Below, piece by piece: positions 37,564-49,381 of a stretch of DNA of 64,000 bases; within the stretch, counting starts at the first letter, position 1, and the number at the start of each line of letters is the position of its first letter. The DNA is taken from the NCBI GenBank assembly GCA_965649765.1, contig OZ287756.1, forward strand, positions 34,348,001 through 34,412,000, in the 5' to 3' direction. Both the position numbers and the translations under genes were made by a program. The notes beneath the pieces were generated by a model that was given only the letters and a program-made list of their open reading frames with translations, did not search any database and was not told the origin of the DNA. The DNA is from Bispira polyomma (taxonomy: Eukaryota).

Positions 37564-39744
37564 CCAAAGAGGTTATTTCTTATAGCCAGAGTTTGTTGGT
37601 GTGTTTGTCATCAGAGATCACACAAAAATGTGTACACCGATTAGCGTGAACTTTGGAGGGATGCGACGTGAGCCACAAAAGAATCGATTACATTTTGGAG
37701 CCAGAGAAACAACGGATGCAGAGATTTTTTGGGACTTTATATCTATTGTCTATGTATTTATGTAATTGTCTATATTTTAGTTCTAAAAATTGTCACCTAA
37801 TTTAAAAAATAAAAAAAGCAGCGTAAACACCTTTGTCATGCCTGTGTACACAGAACACACCAGATATAGAATAACCGGTATTACCAATATTTAAAGTATT
37901 TAAACAAGGTTAATTTACACTTCGAGTGCATGAAAAACACACTTAAAACTTCGGTTTCAAAAACATGTGATAATTACAAGTGTGAGATTTGTAAATAACT
38001 ATATTTAAACACGGAACAAACTTTGCAGTGTCATCCTTTCCAAAAATTTGTTTTACTACGACACACCCCCCCCCCCCACCCCCACCCCCCACACCCCCCC
38101 AAAAAATGGTTTCTAAAGTATATAGTAAAACTATACATATTTAACATTACATTGATTCTTCAATGTATGTTATGGAAGATAATTAGGTAATTATTGAAAT
38201 TCCAATTATTAACAACACAAAAAGGCAGTAAGTTACATAAACCACACATAAACCTTTTATAGAGACTGGTACTATACGTACTAACATTTGCTCCGGGCGT
38301 TGAGAAAAAAGCCAGAATGGAATGTTAAATGAACCTGGTGTTCTGGTGCAAACTAATAAGAAACTACAGATAAAAATACAATTGATTCTTACTATTATTG
38401 CACAACATTGCAAAAATGGAAAGATTTGTGAATGAATGTTGATGAGTAAGCAGATAATTGAAATGTCAATACAATGTGTGTGTGTGTGCTTTTAAGTAAA
38501 TAGTAATGTATTGACAGAGGTGTAATAACACACCATTGATCGGTCACGATCGGAACACGTGATCTTACGAAATATGCCGAAGCCCCATTCGTGATGCTAA
38601 TTATAGATACCGAGTCATCGAGCTTCCTTATATAGAATCTGACGCACACAGCCGATAAAAAAATGTTAACAATCCCCTATAAATCTCGACAATGTTACTC
38701 TACCTAAAAAAAACTCGAACTAAAGGTTAGTTTTTCATAAGACATTCCAGTATAAGTAAATTTATAGCTCGCTTTTATGGTAATAAATATTTAGTTTTTT
38801 TACTGGGAAAGTCTTGAAGATTAACTAGATATTTGAGAAAATAATTTCTACCTAGGAGTTCCTTTTTTCTGGGTGCTTCTGTTATTATTTCCCATTTGCC
38901 ACCATTTTTCTACAAGAAGTAGTAACCGAATGTGTGTATTTCAAATACATGAGCCAAGCTATAGTGGGAATAAAATAACATTATCATTGTAGAAAGCCAA
39001 ATAGATTAGAACAAAAATGTATAGATAGCAACTAATAAACTTAATCAAATCACTACTTAATTAAATACTTGCATTACATAATTTGAGTAAAAGTTTTTAA
39101 AATGTGCATATTTAAAAAAAGGTTGATCTGACAAATCAATCAAGACATAGTATAGGTGAAATTATACTTTGAGTAAGTAAAAAATGTACACATTTAAAGT
39201 AGGTTGATCCAATAACCAATGGTGTGTAATTTGGAATTCCTGTGTTGGATGTCAATTGGAAGGGAGGGGTGGATAAAACAGGACGGATAAAAAAGCATTG
39301 CATATTTATTATGTGTAAAAAAATAAAAAGGGCTACTTATCTGTGACAGATTTCTTTACAACTCATAAAATAATATATACCATGTGATAAGTATAGTAAA
39401 GTAAATAAGATGGACGACATACTGCTCAAATGTCCCTTTCAAGTTCTACGTCTTTTGAATATACCACCAAAGACCAAAGACATGATTGAATTGGAAGTAT
39501 TTTTTTCTGAATCTAGTGAATGACAAAAAGTTATTATTTTTGTATCTTCGGGTACTAAGTCATTCCCTCACAAACAGTTCAGTCATGATGTGGCATTATT
39601 AAATCGTAAATAAACATCTATTGGAAATATTCTAAAGGCTCATTAAAAACAAGTCAAAATGTTGAAGATCATCACTTTCTTGGAGTTGATGCACTTTTTA
39701 GAGAATGGCACCAATTTGGCAAACCTTAAGGGACCAGGAGAAAT

Positions 39745-40050
39745 ACCCTAGCTTAAGTGTCGGACTGTGGATCTGAGTGATCTCCTAGCCCCGGTTCGAT
39801 CCTCGCTGCTGGCCTGTAGATTGTACCCTTTGGACTGGACAAGGTGCTTTACACAAGTTGTCCCTCTCTACCTAGATGAAAAATGGGTACCTGGCTGCTA
39901 ATAGGCGTTAGTCTTTGTGTGCTGTATGTGGCAGCACGACTAGTATGCTTCCTGAGGGAGCTGAGACTGAACAAAATTGGTTGACAAATGGAAGAACCCA
40001 GGCTGAGTTAAATATGTCAAAGGGCATTAGATAACATTGATGTTCATATT
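39745..40050 (+). mobile_element. CORE-like tRNA-SINE, family 1, tail A
   Basis: B-box ggttcgatcc; core; tail atgtcaaagggcattagataac. Confidence 0.82.
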
Positions 40051-40429
40051 GTGTCATAATATTAAGCGGGATTGCCACTGAACAGTGTAGATTTAAAAGA
40101 TAAGGCGTTTGAGGGACTATACATTTGCTCCACATAAAAGAGACATCATCCAACAGGATTTTACTTTACTCCTAAATAACAAATACCAGCCAGCGACCAT
40201 ATTACCCCATCAAGTCCAAGTCACCTAAGTCAATGTTTCAGTGCAGATCAGTGAAATACATGGAATATTCCCCAATCACACAGCCACATTGAATATTGTA
40301 TATGCAGACATATTGACAGATTGGTAATTTAATATATTTAAAAGTAGATCATATCCAATCGTGTCAAAACATTAAGGTTTAATTTTATCCTGTATAAGGT
40401 TCTGTTATTATTATTTAATAAGTTCAGAA

Positions 40430-40825
40430 TACTCAAGCAGAGATGAAGTCCTCGAAATCATAACGTCATCCCCATCTAAACAATGCGAACTGGATCCCTA
40501 CCACATTACTAAAGGATTGTACAGATACTCTACTGACTCCAATCCCGAACCTAAAAAACTATTGGCTCCAATAGGGCTGCTTCCCTTTTAGACAAGTCTA
40601 TCTTACTCCTTTACTCTAAAAAACAAACTTAGATCGAAATAACTTTAAAAATTACATACCAGTATCAAATCTGAGCTTTGTCTCTAAGTTGATTGAAAAA
40701 GTTGTTGCACTGCAAAAAAATGAACACTTGTCCACTAACCATATGGCAAACCAACACCAATCAGCCTCCAGAAAGTTTCATTCCACAGAACTGGCACTTC
40801 TGAAAATAGTAGCAGTGACATCAAC
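40430..40825 (+). mobile_element. L2-clade LINE ORF2 fragment (RT N-terminal region), pseudogenised
   Basis: EVLEIITSSPSKQCELDP..TLLKDC..; FKNYIPVSNLSFVSKLIEKVVALQ..HQSASRKFHSTELALLKI. Confidence 0.88.
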
Positions 40826-41829
40826 ATAATTTTGTACTTGTTCCGAATACTTTTAGAATATGACTCTAGAATATAAGAAAACTTACCAGAACCTTATGTC
40901 CAAAGTTTCTGATATATGCTTGAAGAATCTACCAGATGTATTTGGGCTTTCAAGAAATGATCCCTTTTGTCCAATGGCTGTATTTCCCCCAAAAAAATCT
41001 CAATTCAGACAGTCAAATTTGAGACTCCCCCCCCCCCCCCTTCTTGTTTCTGGCTAATGTTTACTTTCAGTGAAAATCTGATTACATCTTTGAATTCAGC
41101 ACTAAAAGCTCTTTTAAAATGAATGGTTACAAGTACATGCCATTTCTGCATATTAGATGGATTTCAACATAGCCTTTATTTTGAGTTGAGTTTGAGTTTG
41201 AGCTTAAGTTTGATGTAGTAGTAGTAGAATTATTGTAGATGAATACATGCCCTGGATTTGTTGTGGTTTCTGGCTGGACAGTGACTCAGTTGTCTGTAGA
41301 TTGTGGCTGTTTCTGTTCACTGTTTGTACAAGGTCACAGGAAACCTAACCACATCACAAAAACTTCACAAATAGAGCTCTCTTTACTGAATAAACTGTCT
41401 CAGATGGCGAAAGATTCTACAAATAGTAGTAATTGCCTATTGAAATTAAAATAAATAAATGCTGTCTTTCTAAACACTGAATGGATACCAAAATTTTTGC
41501 ATTGTTTTTCCAAGTATCAAGCTACCATAAATATGGATAGAATATTTTGTCCCTATAGAAACAAATTTATTATATACACATATCTTATATTACAATGTGC
41601 AATTTTAAGAATATGTTTCATCTCTTTTCATTGATGACCTTGTCACTTAACCCTTTCACTGCTTTGTAAACTTGTAATTAAAGATTCTCAATATATTCTA
41701 TTTGAATGCAGGTATTGTCATTTTAGGCCTATTTCAGTTTGTAATCTGAGTAAAATCTGTAATATCAATATCCTGTGTTTCCATTCAGGTTTAGTTTAAT
41801 TTATTTGACATTATTTTCAACACGTATGT

Positions 41830-42068
41830 GGGGGACTCGGTTGCGCAGTGGTGACAAACTCACCTCCCCCCTCTAAGGTCCTGGTTCGAATCTCGGTTGG
41901 GGATTAATTGGGAAATTTTGCAGTTACTTGCTGATGGTTGCTGGTTTAAAGTGTATAATCTTCACCCACTAGTACACACTAGTTTCCTCTAGCAATAAAA
42001 CTGCCCTGTTGTGATATGACCTATACAATGTGTTGAAAGCAACGTTAAACCCAAATCAAATCAAATCA
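41830..42068 (+). mobile_element. tRNA-headed SINE, family 3, full length
   Basis: ggggactcggttgcgcagtggt A-box, ggttcgaatc B-box, gatatgacc..tgttgaaagcaacgttaaaccc tail, (caaat)n. Confidence 0.85.
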
Positions 42069-42250
42069 ACATATTTGTGTCATATCACGATAGTTCTCTG
42101 GTGGAATCAGAACAGGGTAGTTGGTAGTTGGTTAATGTTTTCCATTCTACAAACCACCGACCTTCAGCAAGTCTACTGCAACTTTCTTACATACCCTTCA
42201 GGCCTGACATTCGAACCCACAATGACAGAGGTGGGAGGCTTGGTTTCCAT
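42068..42250 (-). mobile_element. tRNA-headed SINE, family 3, tail-to-tail with the previous copy
   Basis: gtcatatcacga..gggtagttgg..ttcgaacccac..cagaggtgggaggc. Confidence 0.65.
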
Positions 42251-43548
42251 TGTGCAGACAAGGAGGAGGGTGACTGGGCACTTAAGCTTATGCTTCCATG
42301 TTACCGATAACAACATCCGTCGATTATATATGGGCTGACAAGAATAAATTTCTTGTCCCATGTCCGCCAATTTATGCAACAAATACAAATATGTTTTTGT
42401 TTGTCAAATTTCCTTGGATTTCCCTTTTATGAAGTTTATACTAATTATAATGATAGTTATTGAAAATTTGGGTGAGTTTTTGCTGCATTGTGCAACATAT
42501 TTGTATCTCATCACCTAGACGAGGAAACAGAAATAACTCTTCTTCAAATAGCATAGCCTTCTCCCGCACCCGATATATTAATGCTTAAATTTTTAGTAGT
42601 ATTGAATCCAATCATTCCTTTGTTGCACATAATTTCTGAATTCAAGACGCTAAAATCTAACAGATGTGCCGATCTTTTTGGCTCCCTAGCCCAAACAAAT
42701 CTGAAGTTTCTGCAGAAACCCTGATTTCATTTGCTGTACAACTGACACTTGGAAGTACCTACAAACCACCGGCCTTCAGCATGTCAACTGCCAACACTCC
42801 CACATACACATTATAGTTGAGATTTGAACCCACTATAGCGGAGGATTGGAAGTTAGTGCAGTTTCCATTGATGTCATCTGCCTAAACTATTCACTGTTGC
42901 ACTTGAGTTGCCCTTTAAAGGGTGACTTCCACTTTCACATAGGCCTTGCGATTTATGCTGCTTACCCAGAATGTATCTGCCGCAGTAAAATTGTGCGTTC
43001 TTTGCCAATCAAATGCGGTTTCTAGTCGTGGCCTGTCAGATGTTATTATGTCTTCAGGAAAGTATAGCGATCCCTCCGAAAACATTGACGATGAACCTAA
43101 CCAACTTAAATTATATCCCAATAATTTAACTTAATTTTTAGAAAATCTTATACTCTGCATAAAGATATCCATGACGAAATTGCCTTTTTAGTCTTCCATA
43201 CTTTCAAGTTTAATGTGGTACGCACGATTATATTGTTACATGTAACACAATCATATGAAGCTTTTTCAATGACACAAACCACACACATTGATTTCTTACT
43301 TAAACTCACGTTTCTGTCTTGCGTTTTATTGTTAAAATTACTTATTTTGGTACTTTAATGTTAGTTGATTTACTAGTATTTTCAAGGTTGATATGTATCT
43401 TTATGGCAGAATTGACGAAACTCAAGCAGGCCTGAGGCTCATCTATTGACAAGTGGTTGGAAAACTAATTCCAAATCTGTTTATAGTTAAAGAGGCGAAA
43501 AAATATTTAATAATGTGGTTTCAGCTGACTTAACTAGTTACTACACCC

Positions 43549-43800
43549 CTAAGACCAGAACATTTTTTCAAGTGATCTTAAGTCAAGAAGGAGACTATTC
43601 CATAACGAAGGGGCAGCGATAGAGAAAGCTCTAGATCCAACCTTATCGTAAAGTCTCTTTTCTCTTTTAACGTTCCTAAAGGAAAAGTGAGCAGCAAGGT
43701 ATAAGGGCTGTTGAGAGATAACAGCTTTGAAAGTAGTTACATGAATTTTTAACACAATACAATATGCAATAATGAATGGGAAGCCAATGCAGTTTTTTAT
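43549..43800 (-). mobile_element. L2-type LINE ORF2 C-terminal fragment
   Basis: LHWLP..LKIHVTTFKA..PLYL..VGSRAFSIAAPSLWNSL..DLR. Confidence 0.85.
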
Positions 43801-43811
43801 GTAAATAGAGA

Positions 43812-44136
43812 TATTAGTAAATGTAAAATGTGTGTAGGTTTATAGTCTGATATCACCTCTATATATTGAGGTCTCAGTCGACTTTACATTTTACACCCAC
43901 AGCCTATGTTCGTCAACTTATCAACCATTGTTTAGTCTTGGCTCCCTCAGGAAGCATACAGCGCACAAAGACTAACACTCATTAGCAGTCAGGTACCCAT
44001 TTATACACCTGGGTAGAGAGGGACAACTTTGTGTAAAGGCCCTTGTCCAAGGGTACAATCTCCAGGGCTGCAGCGAGGGCTCTCAAGATCCCCGAGATCC
44101 AAAATCTGATACTCTAACCACTAGGCCACAGAGACC
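43812..44136 (-). mobile_element. CORE-like tRNA-SINE, family 1, tail B
   Basis: Reverse complement of the 34473 copy with (aaatgt)n tail. Confidence 0.88.
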
Positions 44137-45937
44137 ACACAGTCACAGTACAGATCCCCAGTCTAAAAATAACTGGACACTGAATTGTTTTGAACAGACT
44201 GTAACTTGTTTCTGTAAGCATCCTTAATCTTTGTGTTAATACAGACAACGTTCAATAGAAATTCATTGTCATTCGACAACGATCAACTAGCTATCACCAA
44301 CAACTTGTGTCAACAACCGCCTATTTACGGGTGAGTCTATGAAGAATTGGATCACTGTTGAAGATAAAGTCTGCAAATATGTCTATCTTAAAAAAGGTTT
44401 ACATAGACTCCATACAGATGTGGAGTATTACTGAGATAAACCTACAGCACTATTTTGTACACTAAAATGAATACATGAATAAATACGATATGCAATAAAT
44501 ACAATCAAAATTTTTTAAGGTGCCAAATTCTATCAAATATATCCACTGACACCATTTACACCATCAGTAACTATAATAAATTTTTATAAGCTTCATCAAT
44601 TAAAAAGAAAAACAAAACATTTAAAACTAAATGTTTTTAATCTTCGTTATGTTGATTGACAAGCTATTCCTCAGCTTGGAGGCAGTGTATAAAAAGGATC
44701 TATGGCCTGTTGTTTTATGAATAGATACATAGCCATGTTTAAATAAAGGAAGCAGCATTTAGGGAAACAATCTAATGGGGAAGGGAATTTTGAAGGCATT
44801 AGCACATATAGTCCAATAAAAAATCACCTTATACTGTACATTCAATTACTACATTTAGATGAGCCATTTTGGCTGAGACTATTCTCAAAAATATTGGGTT
44901 TCAAGGCATTGCCTAATCTACCTTACCCAAATATATTGCTCTGTATGGTTTACAGAGTCAAAGGGTCAACTCCATTCTATAAAACAACTGTGTGTACATA
45001 AGAATTAGGTTATTTGGGTTTTCTTTTGGAGTCAAGTAGCCATGATTAGAGAGTCACTTCATAGAAGAATGTACAGAATAACAGCATTATATCAATGGTT
45101 ATCGTATCGCAAGCCCTAACAACATTGTACAAATAATTGTGTGTAAAGAAGTATTCCATTTGATAAATCATAGTTTTGGCAGACAAGTTGTTTGATTTTC
45201 ATAAAGCATTTGACTGGGTTTCTCTTTAAATCTCAGACTAGTGGAAACCCTGCAGCTTCAGACCTGGATTCCGGCCAAATCCTGTGTAGAGTTATGTGCA
45301 TTGAAATCGCCACTTCCGAAGTACATAGTATTTGGTTCCATATTTAGATACTCATTCAGTCAATTTGATGTCAAACATCTTCTGTTTTATGTAACTTAAC
45401 ATATACAAACCATTTCTAATGTAGGTTATGTTACAAGTTATCATCATTGAAAATATCCCTTGTTGTGGATCTACTTGATGTCACATTTACCAATGTTATC
45501 ATTCTGGCAGTATGGTGCCTATCTTTTCTATGAGTTATCGTATCAAGATATTAGGAGAGTTCTGTATCAGAATAAAAATTGTATTATCGAGGATGTTATG
45601 TTTTAACCTGTGGTTCTTGGTTTGTTTGTTTGTCACCAAGATTTGACAAAAACTACTGAACAGAATATATATCAAATTTAGCGGAAGGATGTAATATAAG
45701 AACTCTAGTGGTGTATCTGTTGATAAAAGCTTATTCTCTGATCATACCGGTCCCTTTAAAAGGTTCTCAATATATTTTTGACAATTGTAGATAAAGAAAC
45801 AAATAACATATAGGTATGATCTATAGTTTAGTGAGACCAACATTTTAAAGGGATCTGAAAGGCAAGAATATGTTTAAAATATCTGAAATATAGAAGGTTT
45901 GACTAATATAAATGTGCTATGCTGTATGTAGCCGTTA

Positions 45938-46167
45938 ATTTAGAATTTAGTTGGCATTTACGTCGCTTTTAACAGCTTAGTTGATATTACAACAGCCTAA
46001 TTCAATGCTTAAAGAAACCAGTGCAGATGCACTGTAAACCACAGACCTATGGCAAGTACTTCACCAACTTTTCCACATGAAGAAACAAACAAGATTTGAA
46101 CCCAGATTGGTGGAAGGCTAGTGATTGTGAAGCAGGCGCTTCTAACTACTAGGCTACCATGGCCGGA
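45938..46167 (-). mobile_element. tRNA-headed SINE, family 2
   Basis: tttacgtcgcttttaacagctt..aaaccagtgc..gatttgaaccc..ctaactactaggctaccatggcc. Confidence 0.8.
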
Positions 46168-46399
46168 GGACACTATTACAGCGGAGGACATTTAGCAGAG
46201 GTAATAAGCGCTTTACAACTATGTTTTTACCCTTGTCTGATTCTTTATTTGTCATTAAGATGACACAAAAAAACTAAATTTAATTACATCAAATTTGTCG
46301 AAGATATGGAGTATGGGCAAAAGCAGAATCGATTATGTCTTTGCAACAATGAAGTGGATCCGGAAGTAGAGAGTGGATGCATGATTTTTTTTTTTTTTT

Positions 46400-46584
46400 A
46401 ATTTGGATATTTAACCTGTTTAAATTATATTGGGACAGGTAGTTAGAAACGCTGGAGGAAACACTGCATACAGTTGATCAAGGTTCGGCACTGAAACAAG
46501 CAGCCCACAGTAAGGAACTACCACCTTTCCCACCAGTGATTGTGAAGCGCAATGCTTGCTAACCACTAGGCCACCGTGGCCCCG
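46400..46584 (-). mobile_element. Chimeric SINE: family 2 head fused to family 3 body and tail
   Basis: 46400-46532 matches 26685-26829; 46533-46584 (cagtgattgtgaagc..ctaaccactaggccaccgtggcccc) matches family 2 heads. Confidence 0.6.
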
Positions 46585-47584
46585 GGTGGATGCATGAATT
46601 TATTTCACTGTTGACATGCTTCATATACAACTCTCTTGATTTATCCAGTCACTTGTGTAGATAATAACATGAGGCCAGCATAGACATACGCGCATCACAT
46701 TTTAAAATGTATCCTGACAAGAACAAAAGACTGCAAGTGTTACACACGTAATTTAGTGTAAGCACACAGTAGAAATAAACGTCCAGTCGATTAAGCGCTA
46801 TAAAAGTACGACTAGATTAGATTAGATTAGATCAACGTGAGTAAACATAGCTTAAACACAAAAGAGCTACTGCGTGCTAACATAGACCTAATGGTAAGAC
46901 TATGCGTCTTCTCATGTGACTTACTGTGTCATTAAATATGTAAGGCACCTGCGAGTTCTTATTATATACATATATTAATGTTAATGTAAATCAATTTGTG
47001 CATGGGTTTCGCGGCTTTTACATGACAAAAGGTTGTGACGTCTTTTGCGTGGAGTTTTGCATCACATATGTAAAAGATGTGACGCACATAGCATTTATGT
47101 AAATCCTGTAGGACCAGGGCATTAAGGGGAGATATGTGCTTGGGAGGTATGTGCTTGGCCTTCTAGTTGTAGCATGTGAGAAGTGTGAGTAGGCTTGTTA
47201 ACATTATCCAGGAATTTTTGTATTGACTTTCAGATCGCCTTATTTGCTTGGGGAAAAAAATTAATTTTTATCCCCTATTTTTAGTACAGGATGTGAAAAC
47301 AATGCATAAGTTATGCTCAAGGAGTTTCTGTGAGCATGTTTAACATGGGGATGTCATTTGAAGTAAAAAAGACATCCTAAGAAAGATAGGGCTAGAAAGT
47401 GCAATTGAGTAATAATATAATACACCAACCATAGTTTCACTGGCTAATTCTATTTCATTGCTTTAACTATGTAAATGTCCTCCTTGAGGTACATCACAAA
47501 GAAAGTTGCAAAGAAAGAAACCTGGCTTTACTTGCTTGTAGTTCTGCACAAGTAGCATATGGTATCACAGGTATATTACTGAAA

Positions 47585-47692
47585 GCCATGGACTATAATC
47601 TTGATCTTGGCCATTGTATATTACTTATGACCTTGGAAATGGCTCTTGTTAGTATAATACTTTTAATCTTGACAATGGTCTGTATATTGCTT
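47585..47692. repeat. Left half of the gaccttg-type tandem repeat split by the YR element
   Basis: ttggccattgtatattacttatgaccttg units continue at 53062-53180. Confidence 0.7.
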
Positions 47693-48353
47693 CAGTTCCC
47701 CGTGGGCCAAGGGAAAGTTGGTAATAAGATTACCTTAGTAATTTTCTAGTTTCTTAAGCAACACAGTAAAACACTTGGGGGTACGTTTTTATTAATGACT
47801 AGCATGGTTAGTTCTACAGGTATAGTATGTACAGTTTCAGATTCTAGTTGGGGGGCATAAGGTCACCTTACAGTCGGTTAAAGTTTAAGGTGAATGCAAA
47901 GTCACTCTAAGTTTTTTATATAACAATAAGGTTGGCTTAAGGTCACCTTAACTAAATAATTTTGAGGGGGCCTAACGATGGCCCTAAATTGAGTTTAACA
48001 CTAGCAACCAATGTGTCAAGAGTATGCCAATGAAGGGGCACCATTAGTGAGCCTGACTTAAGTTTGAAATTAATTATGAACATACCTTGAGTTCAAGTCA
48101 GTATGCAAGTAAATGGGCCCGAACTGTTGGCCCTACCTTGAGTTTAAGGTTGATTTAAAGTATACTATGGAGGTTGCAAAGTGATTGGAAGATAAATTAT
48201 GTAAGAGTACATAATGTACTGAGATATAAGGTGACCTTATGCCCAAGGACAGGGGGGTTGTGAACTGTCCAAATTCATGTTTATTATACCATAACATTTA
48301 TATATTTTTTTTGACCAGGTGACCTATAGAAGTCAAACCACCAAACACCAGAG

Positions 48354-49381
48354 TTACCTAGGAGTAGGCTGAAGCGCACCCTTGAAGCAATCAGCGACCT
48401 GGGACCCCGTCTGGGCCGAATCTGTAATGTACCTCCAAACGCAATCCGACGTCCAGGTGCCATGCCGCTGAATGTCCTATATGTTGACATTATTATTAAA
48501 GGCGAACGTCGGAACGCGTGGAAGGTAAGGTTAGTATGACCACAGCCCAGGGGCTGCAGCACATTCTTCAAGTGACGCCGAACCCTGGTGTCCGTCAACG
48601 GAACCCAAGCACCAACTAGCTTATACTGAAAAAGAGGCATGTTAGGGCCAGAGGGGGTAAGGGCCAGCACGTTCTTCAGAGCAGCCACAGGACACAGGCA
48701 TGAGTTCTGCAGGACTGGAATGTTTAATAGTTTAATCTGATTGTTCACATGCATGTTCTTAGACCATTTCACTAAAAGGGTTATATAACCGGGCTTAAAA
48801 AGCACATCCCCTCTGGCCAAATGCTTCAGGGGAGAAAACCCAGCTACAGAGTGTGGGCACAAATTGGAAAGCCTCAAAAAACTGAAAAAACTGGTCAAAT
48901 AAACAGCCTTAAAGATCTGGCCCATATACGTATTGTTGCATTTGGCAACCAAGGCAGTTAGCAAAGGAATATCAAACAATGTTTTAAGTTTAGCTTGTAA
49001 AGGCTTATTAATAGCAAGAGCCCTACTATAATAAGACATACGCGGATCTGCAAAGCAGTCCACATTAACATGAAAGAGAATACATTTAGCTTTAACAGCC
49101 GAAAGATGATTGGCAATTTGAGCAGCTGACATATGATTAAAGTTCAGAAATTCTAAAAATGACAAAATCCTGAAAACAGTCACCTGATATAGTGGCCACT
49201 GCATGAAAGCTCCAAAGGCCAGGAAGAGTCTGAACATGGCATCATAGGCCCTGGCTGTTGACTCAGCAAAAGCAAAATGCAGTCTCTTGCAGGCTCTACT
49301 TGCAAGCAGGGAGTCCCGAGGATGCATTTCTGAAACATAGTACCACAGGATACATACAAACATTTTAAATTGTGTAGTCAA
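48354..49381 (-). pseudogene. Tyrosine recombinase ORF (frameshift after the HxxR motif)
   Basis: FFSFLRLSNL (catalytic R), KWSK, CPVAAL, TFHAFRR. The catalytic tail FAFN..IQRHGTWTSDCVWRYI lies in another frame after a small deletion. Confidence 0.92.

Noticed and set aside
45170-45225. FDFHKAFDWVS RT-like motif
   Set aside because: Probably a LINE crumb but too short to delimit or classify.
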